NCBI GenBank assembly: GCA_028713045.1
Contig: JAQTOY010000003.1
Span: forward strand, 1-45,585
DNA from: Candidatus Nanoarchaeia archaeon
GTDB lineage: Archaea; Nanobdellota; Nanobdellia; Pacearchaeales; GW2011-AR1
Direction of reading: 5' to 3'
Length of the DNA stretch: 45,585 nucleotides
The notes below the pieces were generated by a model. The model saw nothing but the letters and a program-made list of their open reading frames with translations, was not told where the DNA came from and searched no databases. The position numbers and the translations under genes are program-made. The first letter of the stretch is position 1, and every line of letters starts with the position of its first letter. Shown one piece after another: positions 1-8,285 of the stretch.

Positions 1-2
1 TA

Positions 3-1373
3 AACACCAACGGAACAACTGGAATTGAATTCAATGGAACAAATTACACTTTGACTGGATTGAATATTACTGCAGGAGTCTATAACTTTTCAAGGACAGA
101 TCTGGCTGTAGGAGTTTACAATTATTACTGGTGGGCTTATGGAAATGGAAATGATCATTTATTCAATCGAACTTCGATTATTAGTTATATTATCAATAAG
201 TCTTCTGATTTGTGTTCTATTGAATTTAATGCAACTTCACCTCAAAATTATTTAACTATCTTTAAAGTTTATTCAAATTGTTCAAGCTATTTTTATATGA
301 CTAGAAATGAAACTATGATAACAAATAATTCAGAACAGAATTTATCTGTTGGTTATTATAACTTTACTGTTTACAGAAATGATACTTTCAATTATACTAA
401 TGTGATTAGTAGTTTTGATTTTCAAATATCCAGGGCCAGTTCTTTAGTTTATGCCTATATTAATGATTCTAGATCAAATTTAACAATTTCAAATGATAGT
501 CAAATCTGGTTAAATTGTTCTAGGCAAAGCGGAGAGGCAAATGTTAAACTTTATAATAATGGTACTTTAATTAATTCTGGATTAACAATTGCAAATCTTA
601 CAAATTACACCACTCTCGGTTCTTACAATATTACCTGTTTATATGAAGAAACACAAAACTATTCCAGTTCTTATGAAACTTGGTGGGTTAATGTTGCAGA
701 TATGATTTATCCTATTTTTTCCAATTATTCAGATAACTCTGGAACATTTATTACAAACGGTACTGGATGGTTTAATGTAACTGTTGAGAACACAAACGGA
801 ACTATATTGCTTCAGATAAATAACCTAAATTATACTGCAACAAATTTAACCTCAAATGTATATAATGTTTCTGTGGACTTTACCTCTGCAGGAACTTATT
901 CTTATGAATGGATTTCATTTGGAAATGGGTCCAGTAAAAATCAAAATATTTCTCTTTTAAGGGATTATGTTGTTAATTCTACTTCTGGAACCGATAGTGG
1001 GACTGGGGGTTCAGGTTTAGGCGGGGCTCCTAGTAATAACTGCTATAATTGGGTTTGCAGTGAATGGGAAGAATGCATAGATGGAATTAAAAAAAGAGAG
1101 TGTATAAATAAGGGAATCTGCAAAGGAATTACTGGAAAACCTGAAGAATCTGAATCATGCGATATTGTTTTTGAAGATGAACAATCAAATCAGCAAAGGC
1201 CCCAATTATATCAGATAAATCCAAATATTTCAAATTCTAAACTTAATTTTATTGATTATGTATTAATTTTAATAGCGTTATTATTGATAGTGTTAGCTAT
1301 AATAATTTTTTTTGTTAGGAAAAAGAAAAAAACATTAAAAAAAGAAAAATCTTTTAAAAATAATAAAAAATAG
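3..1373 (+). CDS. Cell-surface glycoprotein-like protein, C-terminal part (5' end lies left of the window)
   Basis: The frame is open from base 3; the TTG at 51 in the ORF track is not a real start. Dense N-x-S/T sequons. Gly/Ser linker 'GTDSGTGGSGLGG'. Cys module 'CSEWEECIDGIKKREC'. C-terminal hydrophobic helix 'YVLILIALLLIVLAIIIFF' followed by a Lys-rich tail. Confidence 0.7.
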   Translation, partial: NTNGTTGIEFNGTNYTLTGLNITAGVYNFSRTDLAVGVYNYYWWAYGNGNDHLFNRTSIISYIINKSSDLCSIEFNATSPQNYLTIFKVYSNCSSYFYMTRNETMITNNSEQNLSVGYYNFTVYRNDTFNYTNVISSFDFQISRASSLVYAYINDSRSNLTISNDSQIWLNCSRQSGEANVKLYNNGTLINSGLTIANLTNYTTLGSYNITCLYEETQNYSSSYETWWVNVADMIYPIFSNYSDNSGTFITNGTGWFNVTVENTNGTILLQINNLNYTATNLTSNVYNVSVDFTSAGTYSYEWISFGNGSSKNQNISLLRDYVVNSTSGTDSGTGGSGLGGAPSNNCYNWVCSEWEECIDGIKKRECINKGICKGITGKPEESESCDIVFEDEQSNQQRPQLYQINPNISNSKLNFIDYVLILIALLLIVLAIIIFFVRKKKKTLKKEKSFKNNKK

Positions 1374-1425
1374 AAAAATTTTTAGGTAAATGTGTTTAAA
1401 CTTTTTATTCTTATCCTTAAAAAAG

Positions 1426-1433
1426 TTTATAAA
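1426..1433 (+). promoter_or_regulatory. TATA box TTTATAAA, 22 nt before ATG 1455
   Basis: Same octamer and the same 22-nt spacing as at more than 15 other genes in the window. Confidence 0.6.
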
Positions 1434-1454
1434 CCATTAAAATATTCCGATTTT

Positions 1455-2678
1455 ATGGGATTATTAAACAATCTTTTTCAAACAAAAGAAGAGCCTCCTG
1501 AAGGTTCTGAAGAAAGACCTTTTCGTTCTCATTTATTGACTATCGGGCTTGCTTTGGTATTATCCGTAGGTAGTGTTGCTGGATATTTGATGTATACCAA
1601 CAAGAGTTTTAATCCAATGACTCTATGGAAAGATTACCAAACAATTCGTTCTGTTGAAAATCCTACAGGAGATAAAAATTCCGATGCTAAGGATGTTTTT
1701 AGACGTTATGATGAAAAAAAAATTGAGTCTGATACCAGACATTATGATATTGAAATGACAATATCTAGTCCTGCAGATTTGGATAAGCTTCGTACTTTTA
1801 TCTTGGGAAGAAAGATAATTCGTTGTACATTGGAATCTGATCTAGATTTAGAAGGAAGAACTCTAAGAGCATTAGGCGATGTTGAGCATCCTTTTCTAGG
1901 TAGTTTTGATGGAAATAATCATAGAATAGAGAATTTTAGAATGGATAATCCTAACGAGGATTATGTCTCTTTATTTCCATCCATAGGAAGAAAATCCACC
2001 TTTTCTAATTTAGTGATTTCTAATCCAGTTATTTCTGGTAAAATGTTTACCGCGGTTTTAACTTCATATAACTCTGGAAATATCGATAATGTTCAGATTT
2101 ATAATTATGTTCTAAATGGAGGAGATTTAAGCGGAGGTTTGGCTTCCTGGAATTACGGAGTCATAGAAAACTCTTCAGCAATTTTAAATCCAAATTATGT
2201 TTCTAGGGTTGGGGCTCAATTTGGAGGAATTGTCTCCACCACCAATGGTTTAGTTAAAAAATGTACTGCCGTAACAAAGGCTAAGGGTAGTATTGGAATG
2301 GGCGGAATTGCTGCTCAGGTTCAGGGTTTTGGGTTAGTTGATGGATGTAATTCTCAAGTTAATCTTAATGGCACTTGTGACCTAGGAGGAATTGTAGGTA
2401 GTATCTCTAGTGATTGTGGAATTAGAAGTTGTAATTCTGAGGGATTTATCAATTCCGATTCTGAAGGGATTGTTCAGACGATTGGAGGAATAGCAGGATC
2501 TGCTTCAAGATTTACTTCTCTTAAACATAATCACAGCGAATGTCAGTTATCTTATAAAGGGAAACCTCTTGAATATCAGGATGTTGGAAGGGTTGGGCCG
2601 GGTTTAATTGACAATAAAGGCGATCGAGTTGAAACAGAACACACTTATGATGAGGTTAAAAGGAGTTTAGAAAAATAG
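1455..2678 (+). CDS. Membrane-anchored GLUG-motif repeat protein
   Basis: Start moved from GTG 1392 to ATG 1455 using the TATA spacing. N-terminal TM 'LLTIGLALVLSVGSVAGYL'. Five repeats of the GG(L/I)(A/V)..n.G type: 'GGLASWNYGVIENS', 'GGIVSTTNGLVKKC', 'GGIAAQVQGFGLVDGC', 'GGIVGSISSDCGIRSC', 'GGIAGSASRF'. Confidence 0.6.
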   Translation: MGLLNNLFQTKEEPPEGSEERPFRSHLLTIGLALVLSVGSVAGYLMYTNKSFNPMTLWKDYQTIRSVENPTGDKNSDAKDVFRRYDEKKIESDTRHYDIEMTISSPADLDKLRTFILGRKIIRCTLESDLDLEGRTLRALGDVEHPFLGSFDGNNHRIENFRMDNPNEDYVSLFPSIGRKSTFSNLVISNPVISGKMFTAVLTSYNSGNIDNVQIYNYVLNGGDLSGGLASWNYGVIENSSAILNPNYVSRVGAQFGGIVSTTNGLVKKCTAVTKAKGSIGMGGIAAQVQGFGLVDGCNSQVNLNGTCDLGGIVGSISSDCGIRSCNSEGFINSDSEGIVQTIGGIAGSASRFTSLKHNHSECQLSYKGKPLEYQDVGRVGPGLIDNKGDRVETEHTYDEVKRSLEK

Positions 2679-2926
2679 TTATGTTCAATAAATTTTATGA
2701 ATATGTTTCAAATATTTCTAGAAGGAGATTATTTATAGTTAGTCTGGCAGGAGATTAGTTTCTGCAGTTTTTTGGGCAGTAATTTTAATTGGAATATCAG
2801 TTGGAACAAATTTGGAAAGGGAACATAATTATAAATATATGAAAGATTCAGAAAAAAAGGGATTAACAATTGTTTTTTTATAATTTTAGAGTTCTGTTTT
2901 TTAGCTAATTAAATTATTCCAATAGG

Positions 2927-2934
2927 TTTATAAA
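2927..2934 (+). promoter_or_regulatory. TATA box TTTATAAA in front of leader repeat copy 1
   Basis: The predicted TSS (about 2956) falls 3 nt into repeat copy 1. The geometry is identical to 3102..3109 and copy 2. Confidence 0.5.
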
Positions 2935-2952
2935 TTCAGATGTTTTTGTTAG

Positions 2953-3055
2953 TTCTCTCTCTTTTCTCTCTCTTGAAAATGAGGAAAATAAAGGAAAAAT
3001 TCTCATTTTCAAAATTAGGTGTAAATATCATAAAATAATAAAAGATGAATAAAAT
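2953..3055 (+). repeat. 103-bp perfect direct repeat, copy 1 (leader plus ATG of the surface-protein gene)
   Basis: Manual alignment with 3128..3230 at offset 175 shows no mismatch. Flanks are only partly similar. Confidence 0.9.
2973..3012 (+). promoter_or_regulatory. Leader stem-loop, 11-bp perfect stem with 18-nt loop (copy 1)
   Basis: 'TTGAAAATGAG' (2973-2983) pairs with 'CTCATTTTCAA' (3002-3012). It follows a (TC)n-rich tract. Confidence 0.5.
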
Positions 3056-3101
3056 AATAAAAGAAAGAAGTGAGAAAAGGGTAGCCATATTTAGAAATAA
3101 G

Positions 3102-3109
3102 TTTATAAA
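3102..3109 (+). promoter_or_regulatory. TATA box TTTATAAA in front of leader repeat copy 2
   Basis: Predicted TSS is about 3131, which gives an 89-nt 5' UTR before ATG 3220. This is unusual in a window dominated by leaderless genes. Confidence 0.5.
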
Positions 3110-3127
3110 CCCTAATGATTTTTTAAC

Positions 3128-3230
3128 TTCTCTCTCTTTTCTCTCTCTTGAAAATGAGGAAAATAAAGGAAAAATTCTCATTTTCAAAATTAGGTGTAAA
3201 TATCATAAAATAATAAAAGATGAATAAAAT
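3128..3230 (+). repeat. 103-bp perfect direct repeat, copy 2
   Basis: Identical to 2953..3055. Confidence 0.9.
3148..3187 (+). promoter_or_regulatory. Leader stem-loop (copy 2)
   Basis: Same 11-bp stem as 2973..3012, shifted by 175 nt. Confidence 0.5.
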
Positions 3231-6200
3231 TAAGAAAGAGAAAGGCAGGAAAAAGAGAATAGTTTTGAAACCTAGTAGTAACTATTGTTTTTGCAAAAAA
3301 CAATCTGCAATAATATTATTAGCCTGCTTTATTGTCATGGTAATTGTAATTGTAGGTTTCTTTAATTTATCTTTTAATGATAATCCGGATACAAGTAATA
3401 TCAGTCAAATAAACATAATTAAAGCAGAGCATTTTGATTCTTCTAGAACTTCTTTAAGGGATATAACGGATTCCGTCATCCAGAAGGATGACCTATGGAG
3501 CCTGGTTAATCCTGGAGAATATGTAAGGGCTTATTTTGAAAAGAACCTTACAAATAAAAATGATATAACCCTTTTTGCAAAAAGCATTTCAATGGATGGG
3601 TCAAAAATAGAGGTATACAACAAAGATTCCAATGATCTGATTGCTGTTTTTAATAAAATCGGGAAAGAAAGCAACTATAAGACTTATTTGAGAGGAATAC
3701 CTGATGGAGAAAGTTATGATGCGTTTGATTTAAAGGTTTTGAACAATCCGGTTCAATTTGATTATATAACTGACCCTGAAACTCCTCCGATTCTTTCCTA
3801 CAATCTTACTGGAAATATTACTGTAGGTGGAGGAAATAATTTGGGTTTTCGCATGTCTGATGATAGGCAGTATTTGTATTATCTTATTAATAATCTCGCA
3901 AAGGGAGGAAGCAATTATCAGGCTGTAGTTTTAAAGCTTTATCCCAATAATGGAAGTCTTATTAAGAATATAAGCTATAATGTAGATTCAAATTCAAATG
4001 AAGATTCAAGGGCCATATATTATTACGATTCAGGGTATTATGTTGTTGGAGATTTCAATAGATACTCTCAGTACAGTTTAGGCCCTAGTTACTCAGGTTT
4101 TGCTTATATTCAAAGATATGACAGTTCAGACCAACTTAGTTGGCAAACTGATTTTAAACATCCCCAGCATTTAGACTGGGGTTCAAAATATGAATTACTG
4201 GGCTCTTCAATGGATTCCTCTGGAAACATTTACCTTAATGTTTATACAATAAATGATAGTGTTTCTCCAAGCATAATAAATTATACTTTGAATAAGTATT
4301 CTCCTAACGGAAGCAAGGTTTATACAACAGAACTAACTCCTAGAATAACCACTTTGACTAATATGGTTGCAACAGATTCTGGAGATGTTTACTTTTTAAC
4401 AAAAGCCTCTGGATGTAACGCTACTCTTGATGATATCAACTATATCTGCCTGATGAAATACAGCGGAGGGACTTATTCTTGGAATATAACTTATTATTTT
4501 AATGCTTTTAATGCTGCGGAATGGGCCTCAATGGATAGAATGCGTTTTTTTAATAATTCAATCTATGGAATCATCCAGGCAGGAGGGCCTGCTGCAGCAT
4601 TGTTTAAATTTGATTTAGATGGAAATCCTTTATGGAATATTTCTAATGGATATACTCAGGATTATGTCTTTGACAAATATAAAAATCTTTATGTGCTTGT
4701 TGGAGGGGCTTCAGAAACATTTGTCAGAAAACTTAATGAATCTATACCTGATTTTTGGAATAATTATACTTACCAGTTTTATTATAATGTAACTACATTT
4801 CAGCCAAAATATATGGTTATAGATAATTCTACAACCGATGTTCTTTATTTTAGCGGAACTAACGAGCTTGCATATCATCTTGTGAAATTTGCTCCGAATG
4901 ATACAACTCCGCCTATTGTTAATATAACTTATCCGGTAAATGGTACTCATTATGATATAAATGTTTCAACTATAAGTTATAGTTATTCAGATGACAATCC
5001 CGGATATTGCTGGTATACAATTGATGCAGGAGGGACTAATTCTAGTATTGTCTCTGCAGGAACAAGTTTTTCAGACGTAATCTCAATTGAAGGATCAAAC
5101 ACTTGGAGTGTAACTTGTAATGATACAAATGGATATATTGGTTCTTCAACAGTTACTTTTATTAAAGATTTAACTCCTCCGGACATTACTTTTAATTGTA
5201 CTCCAACAAGCGTAAATGTGAGTGAAACAATTAGCTGTTCTTGTACTGCGACAGATAGTCTTTCTACTCCTAGTGTAAGTTATACTGCAAACCCCAGCAC
5301 GTTAACTTCTGGAAGTTTTTCAACAACTTGCACTGCTACAGATAATGCTGGAAATTCAAATTCTTCATCTGTAAGTTATAGCGTAGTTAGTTCTTCGACT
5401 GCAGATCCGAATAGTGGCGGATATGGATCTGGAGGAACTTCTGTTAAATCTAAATCCTGCATTCCTAAGTTTGTATGTTCTCAATGGAGCAGTTGCACAG
5501 ATAACATTCAAACAAGAACTTGTTCTGATTCCTGCACTTCAAAGGTGAATATTGAGAAACAGAATTGTTCTTCAGCATTTGAACTATTAAAAATTTCTCG
5601 AAATTGTTCTGATTTATATCTTCCTGAGTCTAATGAAAAATTGGGTTCTGTCTGCACTTCTTGGAGCAGATGCAATGCCATTTATGGTTTGAAAGATGTC
5701 CTAAATAACAATCTATTTTTAAATGGTCAACAAAGCCGAACTTGCTTATCAAAAAAGGGCCTTTCTTTTGAAAAAAGATTTTGTGATTCAATTTGTGAAG
5801 CAAAATCTCCGTTAATAAGAAAAGTAGTCCGATGTTCTAAAGAGTATGTAGAAATATATGATTCAAATAAGCAGCTTATCTCTAGGCTAGAATTAGTTAA
5901 TGGAAGATATAAGCAGTTAAACATTAACCTTGATTTTATGAATTCTAATTATTGTGATTATTGTTATGATAAAGTAAAGAATTATGATGAAGATGGAGTA
6001 GATTGCTCAAATAAAATTGGTGGAAACTGCCCAATTTGTAAAACTCCCATAAACTGTTATAAAGATTTAGATTGCGCTCCATTAAAGGATTCATTCTGTA
6101 AGGATTCTAAATCTTGCATTGCGATTCCAAAATGTCTTAATCCTGGAACTGTAAAATCAAAGTGTTCTTATCAGGAAAGATGTACGAATTGTATTTCTGG

Positions 6201-7764
6201 ATGCGAAAACGGAAAATGTTTAGTAAAATGCAACAGTGATTTAGATTGTGGGAAAAATGATTTTATTGGAGATAAGTTTTGTAAAGGAAGAAATGTCTAC
6301 CAATTATTCGCAGATAACAGATGCTATTATCCGGGTTCTATTAATAGTAAATGTTCTAGCAGAAATTTTAGTATTTTAATTGAATCCTGTAAATCTGGAT
6401 GTGAAAACGGAAAATGTATAAAAAATTTTACAGAAGTTTGCTCTAAAAACGATGATTGTGGTATTAGTGGATACCACCACGAGTTATTTTGTAGGAATAA
6501 TTATGTAATCAGAAATTATACAAATTTTATTTGTTTGCTTAATAAGGACCTTAGTGGTTATTGTAGTAATTCAACTCGATCAATAATATGGCAAGTTTGT
6601 TCTTATAATTGTAAGGATGGTAAATGCATAGATAAGCCTATCTGCACGATTGATAATGATTGCAAATCAAAACAAATATGCCTAAGTGGAAAATGTAAGA
6701 ATATAACTTGTAGTTCTGATTCAGAATGTGAAGATAATAATCCTTATACCGAAGACAAATGTTCTAATCCTAATACTTTGGAAAGCTTTTGTATGTACGA
6801 CCCAATAAAATGCATTAAAAATTCGGATTGCGGTAAGGATGTTTATGGGGATGTATTTTGCTCAGATAATCTTGTTGTAAATAATCATTTAGTTTTTAAG
6901 TGCAACGGAAAAGGGTCTAAAAGTTACTGCACAAATTCAACAAATATTGAAAAAAGACAAACTTGTCCTGATGGATGCTTAAATGGAATTTGTATAGATA
7001 TTGTTTGTAAGAATGACTTTGAATGTGATGACAATAACTCTTATACTGAGGATAAATGTTTAAATCAAAATACTCTCAAAAGTTTTTGTGTTCATAATGA
7101 AATAAAATGCATCTTTGATTCTGATTGTGGAGAATCATCGAGCAAGAAATATTGTTTAGACTCGCAAATTTGCTCTGCGAATGTTTCGTATTATTGCAAC
7201 AATTCTGGAACGATTAATTCCAAATGCATTATTAGAAACCTTACTGAATGCATAATTTGCGAAAATCAATGCCGAAACGATTCCTGTATTCCATTTGATA
7301 TTAAAAGATCATTTGTTCTTACAGATAATGTCCCTATTGGAGATATCTTGCCAGAAGAACATTGTATTTCAGAATTAATTTGTAATGAATGGAGCGAATG
7401 CAGGGATGGGATAAGAACAAAGTCCTGTGTTAATTCTTGTACAAGAATGACCTTGGAAGAATGGGAAAGTTGCGATATAAATGAAATCTATAATATTAAA
7501 CCAGAAATTATTCAAGGAGAACTATTTGTAAGCAAATATCAATTTAATTTTATTTGTTATCTTCTTTTAATAATGGGGGTATTATTGTTTTGTCTTGCTC
7601 TTATTCTCTTGGCAAATAAAAATAAAATAGAGTCTGGAAAAAAACAGGATAAACCTAAAAAATCCCTGATATTTTTTTGGGTAAAGAGAAAAATAAGAGG
7701 TAAAGATAAAAAGGCTTTAGTATTCTTTTGGATTAAAAGAAAATCCAAGAAGTTTTCTAAATAA
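3220..7764 (+). CDS. Giant (1514 aa) Cys-rich modular surface protein with N-terminal signal anchor and C-terminal TM plus Lys-rich tail
   Basis: N-terminal TM 'AIILLACFIVMVIVIVGFF'. Propeller-like 'xxYxxG' repeats. HYR/Ig-like stretch 'DTTPPIVNITYP...ATDNAGNS'. About 5 copies of a roughly 60-aa module 'C.sDlDCG...FC...C..pGs.nSKC...C..GCENGKC'. Two copies of 'C..D.EC.DNN.YTEDKC.N.NTL.SFC'. Three CxxWxxC..R.C modules. C-terminal TM 'FICYLLLIMGVLLFCLALILL'. Confidence 0.85.
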   Translation: MNKIKKEKGRKKRIVLKPSSNYCFCKKQSAIILLACFIVMVIVIVGFFNLSFNDNPDTSNISQINIIKAEHFDSSRTSLRDITDSVIQKDDLWSLVNPGEYVRAYFEKNLTNKNDITLFAKSISMDGSKIEVYNKDSNDLIAVFNKIGKESNYKTYLRGIPDGESYDAFDLKVLNNPVQFDYITDPETPPILSYNLTGNITVGGGNNLGFRMSDDRQYLYYLINNLAKGGSNYQAVVLKLYPNNGSLIKNISYNVDSNSNEDSRAIYYYDSGYYVVGDFNRYSQYSLGPSYSGFAYIQRYDSSDQLSWQTDFKHPQHLDWGSKYELLGSSMDSSGNIYLNVYTINDSVSPSIINYTLNKYSPNGSKVYTTELTPRITTLTNMVATDSGDVYFLTKASGCNATLDDINYICLMKYSGGTYSWNITYYFNAFNAAEWASMDRMRFFNNSIYGIIQAGGPAAALFKFDLDGNPLWNISNGYTQDYVFDKYKNLYVLVGGASETFVRKLNESIPDFWNNYTYQFYYNVTTFQPKYMVIDNSTTDVLYFSGTNELAYHLVKFAPNDTTPPIVNITYPVNGTHYDINVSTISYSYSDDNPGYCWYTIDAGGTNSSIVSAGTSFSDVISIEGSNTWSVTCNDTNGYIGSSTVTFIKDLTPPDITFNCTPTSVNVSETISCSCTATDSLSTPSVSYTANPSTLTSGSFSTTCTATDNAGNSNSSSVSYSVVSSSTADPNSGGYGSGGTSVKSKSCIPKFVCSQWSSCTDNIQTRTCSDSCTSKVNIEKQNCSSAFELLKISRNCSDLYLPESNEKLGSVCTSWSRCNAIYGLKDVLNNNLFLNGQQSRTCLSKKGLSFEKRFCDSICEAKSPLIRKVVRCSKEYVEIYDSNKQLISRLELVNGRYKQLNINLDFMNSNYCDYCYDKVKNYDEDGVDCSNKIGGNCPICKTPINCYKDLDCAPLKDSFCKDSKSCIAIPKCLNPGTVKSKCSYQERCTNCISGCENGKCLVKCNSDLDCGKNDFIGDKFCKGRNVYQLFADNRCYYPGSINSKCSSRNFSILIESCKSGCENGKCIKNFTEVCSKNDDCGISGYHHELFCRNNYVIRNYTNFICLLNKDLSGYCSNSTRSIIWQVCSYNCKDGKCIDKPICTIDNDCKSKQICLSGKCKNITCSSDSECEDNNPYTEDKCSNPNTLESFCMYDPIKCIKNSDCGKDVYGDVFCSDNLVVNNHLVFKCNGKGSKSYCTNSTNIEKRQTCPDGCLNGICIDIVCKNDFECDDNNSYTEDKCLNQNTLKSFCVHNEIKCIFDSDCGESSSKKYCLDSQICSANVSYYCNNSGTINSKCIIRNLTECIICENQCRNDSCIPFDIKRSFVLTDNVPIGDILPEEHCISELICNEWSECRDGIRTKSCVNSCTRMTLEEWESCDINEIYNIKPEIIQGELFVSKYQFNFICYLLLIMGVLLFCLALILLANKNKIESGKKQDKPKKSLIFFWVKRKIRGKDKKALVFFWIKRKSKKFSK

Positions 7765-7772
7765 AATTCAGA

Positions 7773-8225
7773 TTAATATTCCTTATAGTTCTTTTCAAGA
7801 TAGTATCTTATTGGTATAAGCATTCCAATCACAAAAGTTAACCAGCCAAGAAATGTTAATAATATGAGCCAATAGTTTTTAAAAAGGAAAGATACTGTCA
7901 ATAGCCCCGCCCAGCTTATTATTCCCGAAAGAAAGAGAATAACCCAGGTCATTTTTTCTTTTCTTTTGAAAATATAGTCTGAAAGATACATTATAACAAC
8001 TCCTTCTGAGATAAGCATCACTCCTAGGACGATGCTGTAAAGATAAAACATTTTTGCAATTGGAGAATTATATTTCGCAAAAAAGCCCCAAAGCTGGGAG
8101 ATTGCCTCGAAATTGGATTTCATGTTAAATCCGGTGAAGAAAATATTATATAAACCTAAAAAAATCATGTATACCCCGTTATAATAAGTTATATTTGCCC
8201 CTTGTTTGACTCTTTGTATGTTCAT
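7773..8225 (-). CDS. Integral membrane protein (about 4 TM), function unknown
   Basis: 150-aa ORF with several hydrophobic helices and no recognisable motif. Confidence 0.6.
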   Translation of the reverse strand: MNIQRVKQGANITYYNGVYMIFLGLYNIFFTGFNMKSNFEAISQLWGFFAKYNSPIAKMFYLYSIVLGVMLISEGVVIMYLSDYIFKRKEKMTWVILFLSGIISWAGLLTVSFLFKNYWLILLTFLGWLTFVIGMLIPIRYYLEKNYKEY

Positions 8226-8285
8226 TTTATTAAAACTTATATTTTCTATTGATTTTATAGATATTAGTGTTTATAAAAATTATGA

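Larger units (their letters stand above)
3045..3227 (+). pseudogene. Truncated duplicate of the 5' end of the 3220..7764 gene
   Basis: 'MNKIIKERSEKRVAIFRN' is homologous to 'MNKIKKEKGRKKRIVLKP' at the start of the big gene. After that the ORF reads through the second promoter/leader copy and stops. Confidence 0.35.

Noticed and set aside
2681-2880. Small ORF 'MFNKFYEYVSNISRRRLFIVSLAGD' (twin-arginine-like), followed in another frame by a hydrophobic stretch 'GRRLVSAVFWAVILIGISVG'. Possibly a frameshifted small membrane-protein gene.
   Set aside because: The first ORF is only 25 codons and the second frame has no start codon. The 'GGAGATTA' duplication (2724, 2750) could be coincidental. I cannot support a gene or pseudogene call without homologues.
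2936-3187. 83-aa minus-strand ORF from the ORF track.
   Set aside because: It runs antisense through both leader repeat copies. Its sequence is low-complexity ('FSSFSRERKERE') generated by the TC-rich repeats. No promoter is correctly placed. It is probably a repeat artefact.
2953-3230. The two repeat pairs (103 bp and 117 bp) as CRISPR-like arrays.
   Set aside because: There are only two copies each. The units are far longer than CRISPR repeats. There is no regular repeat-spacer periodicity and no cas genes in the window.
4711-5186. Antisense or alternative-frame ORFs of 60-130 aa listed in the track inside long genes. Examples: 4711-4950, 4983-5186, 5727-5924, 7557-7748, 11138-11502, 13429-14187, 16046-16402, 18447-18853, 21140-21409, 25597-25947, 26248-26502, 30992-31231, 33071-33286, 34549-34731, 36294-36479, 37220-37466, 38503-38916, 39737-41649, 42060-43418, 43952-45236.
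   Set aside because: Each is fully nested in, or antisense to, a longer ORF with clear family motifs. Their products are low-complexity, as expected for shadow frames in AT-rich DNA. None has a TATA box at the 22-nt spacing.
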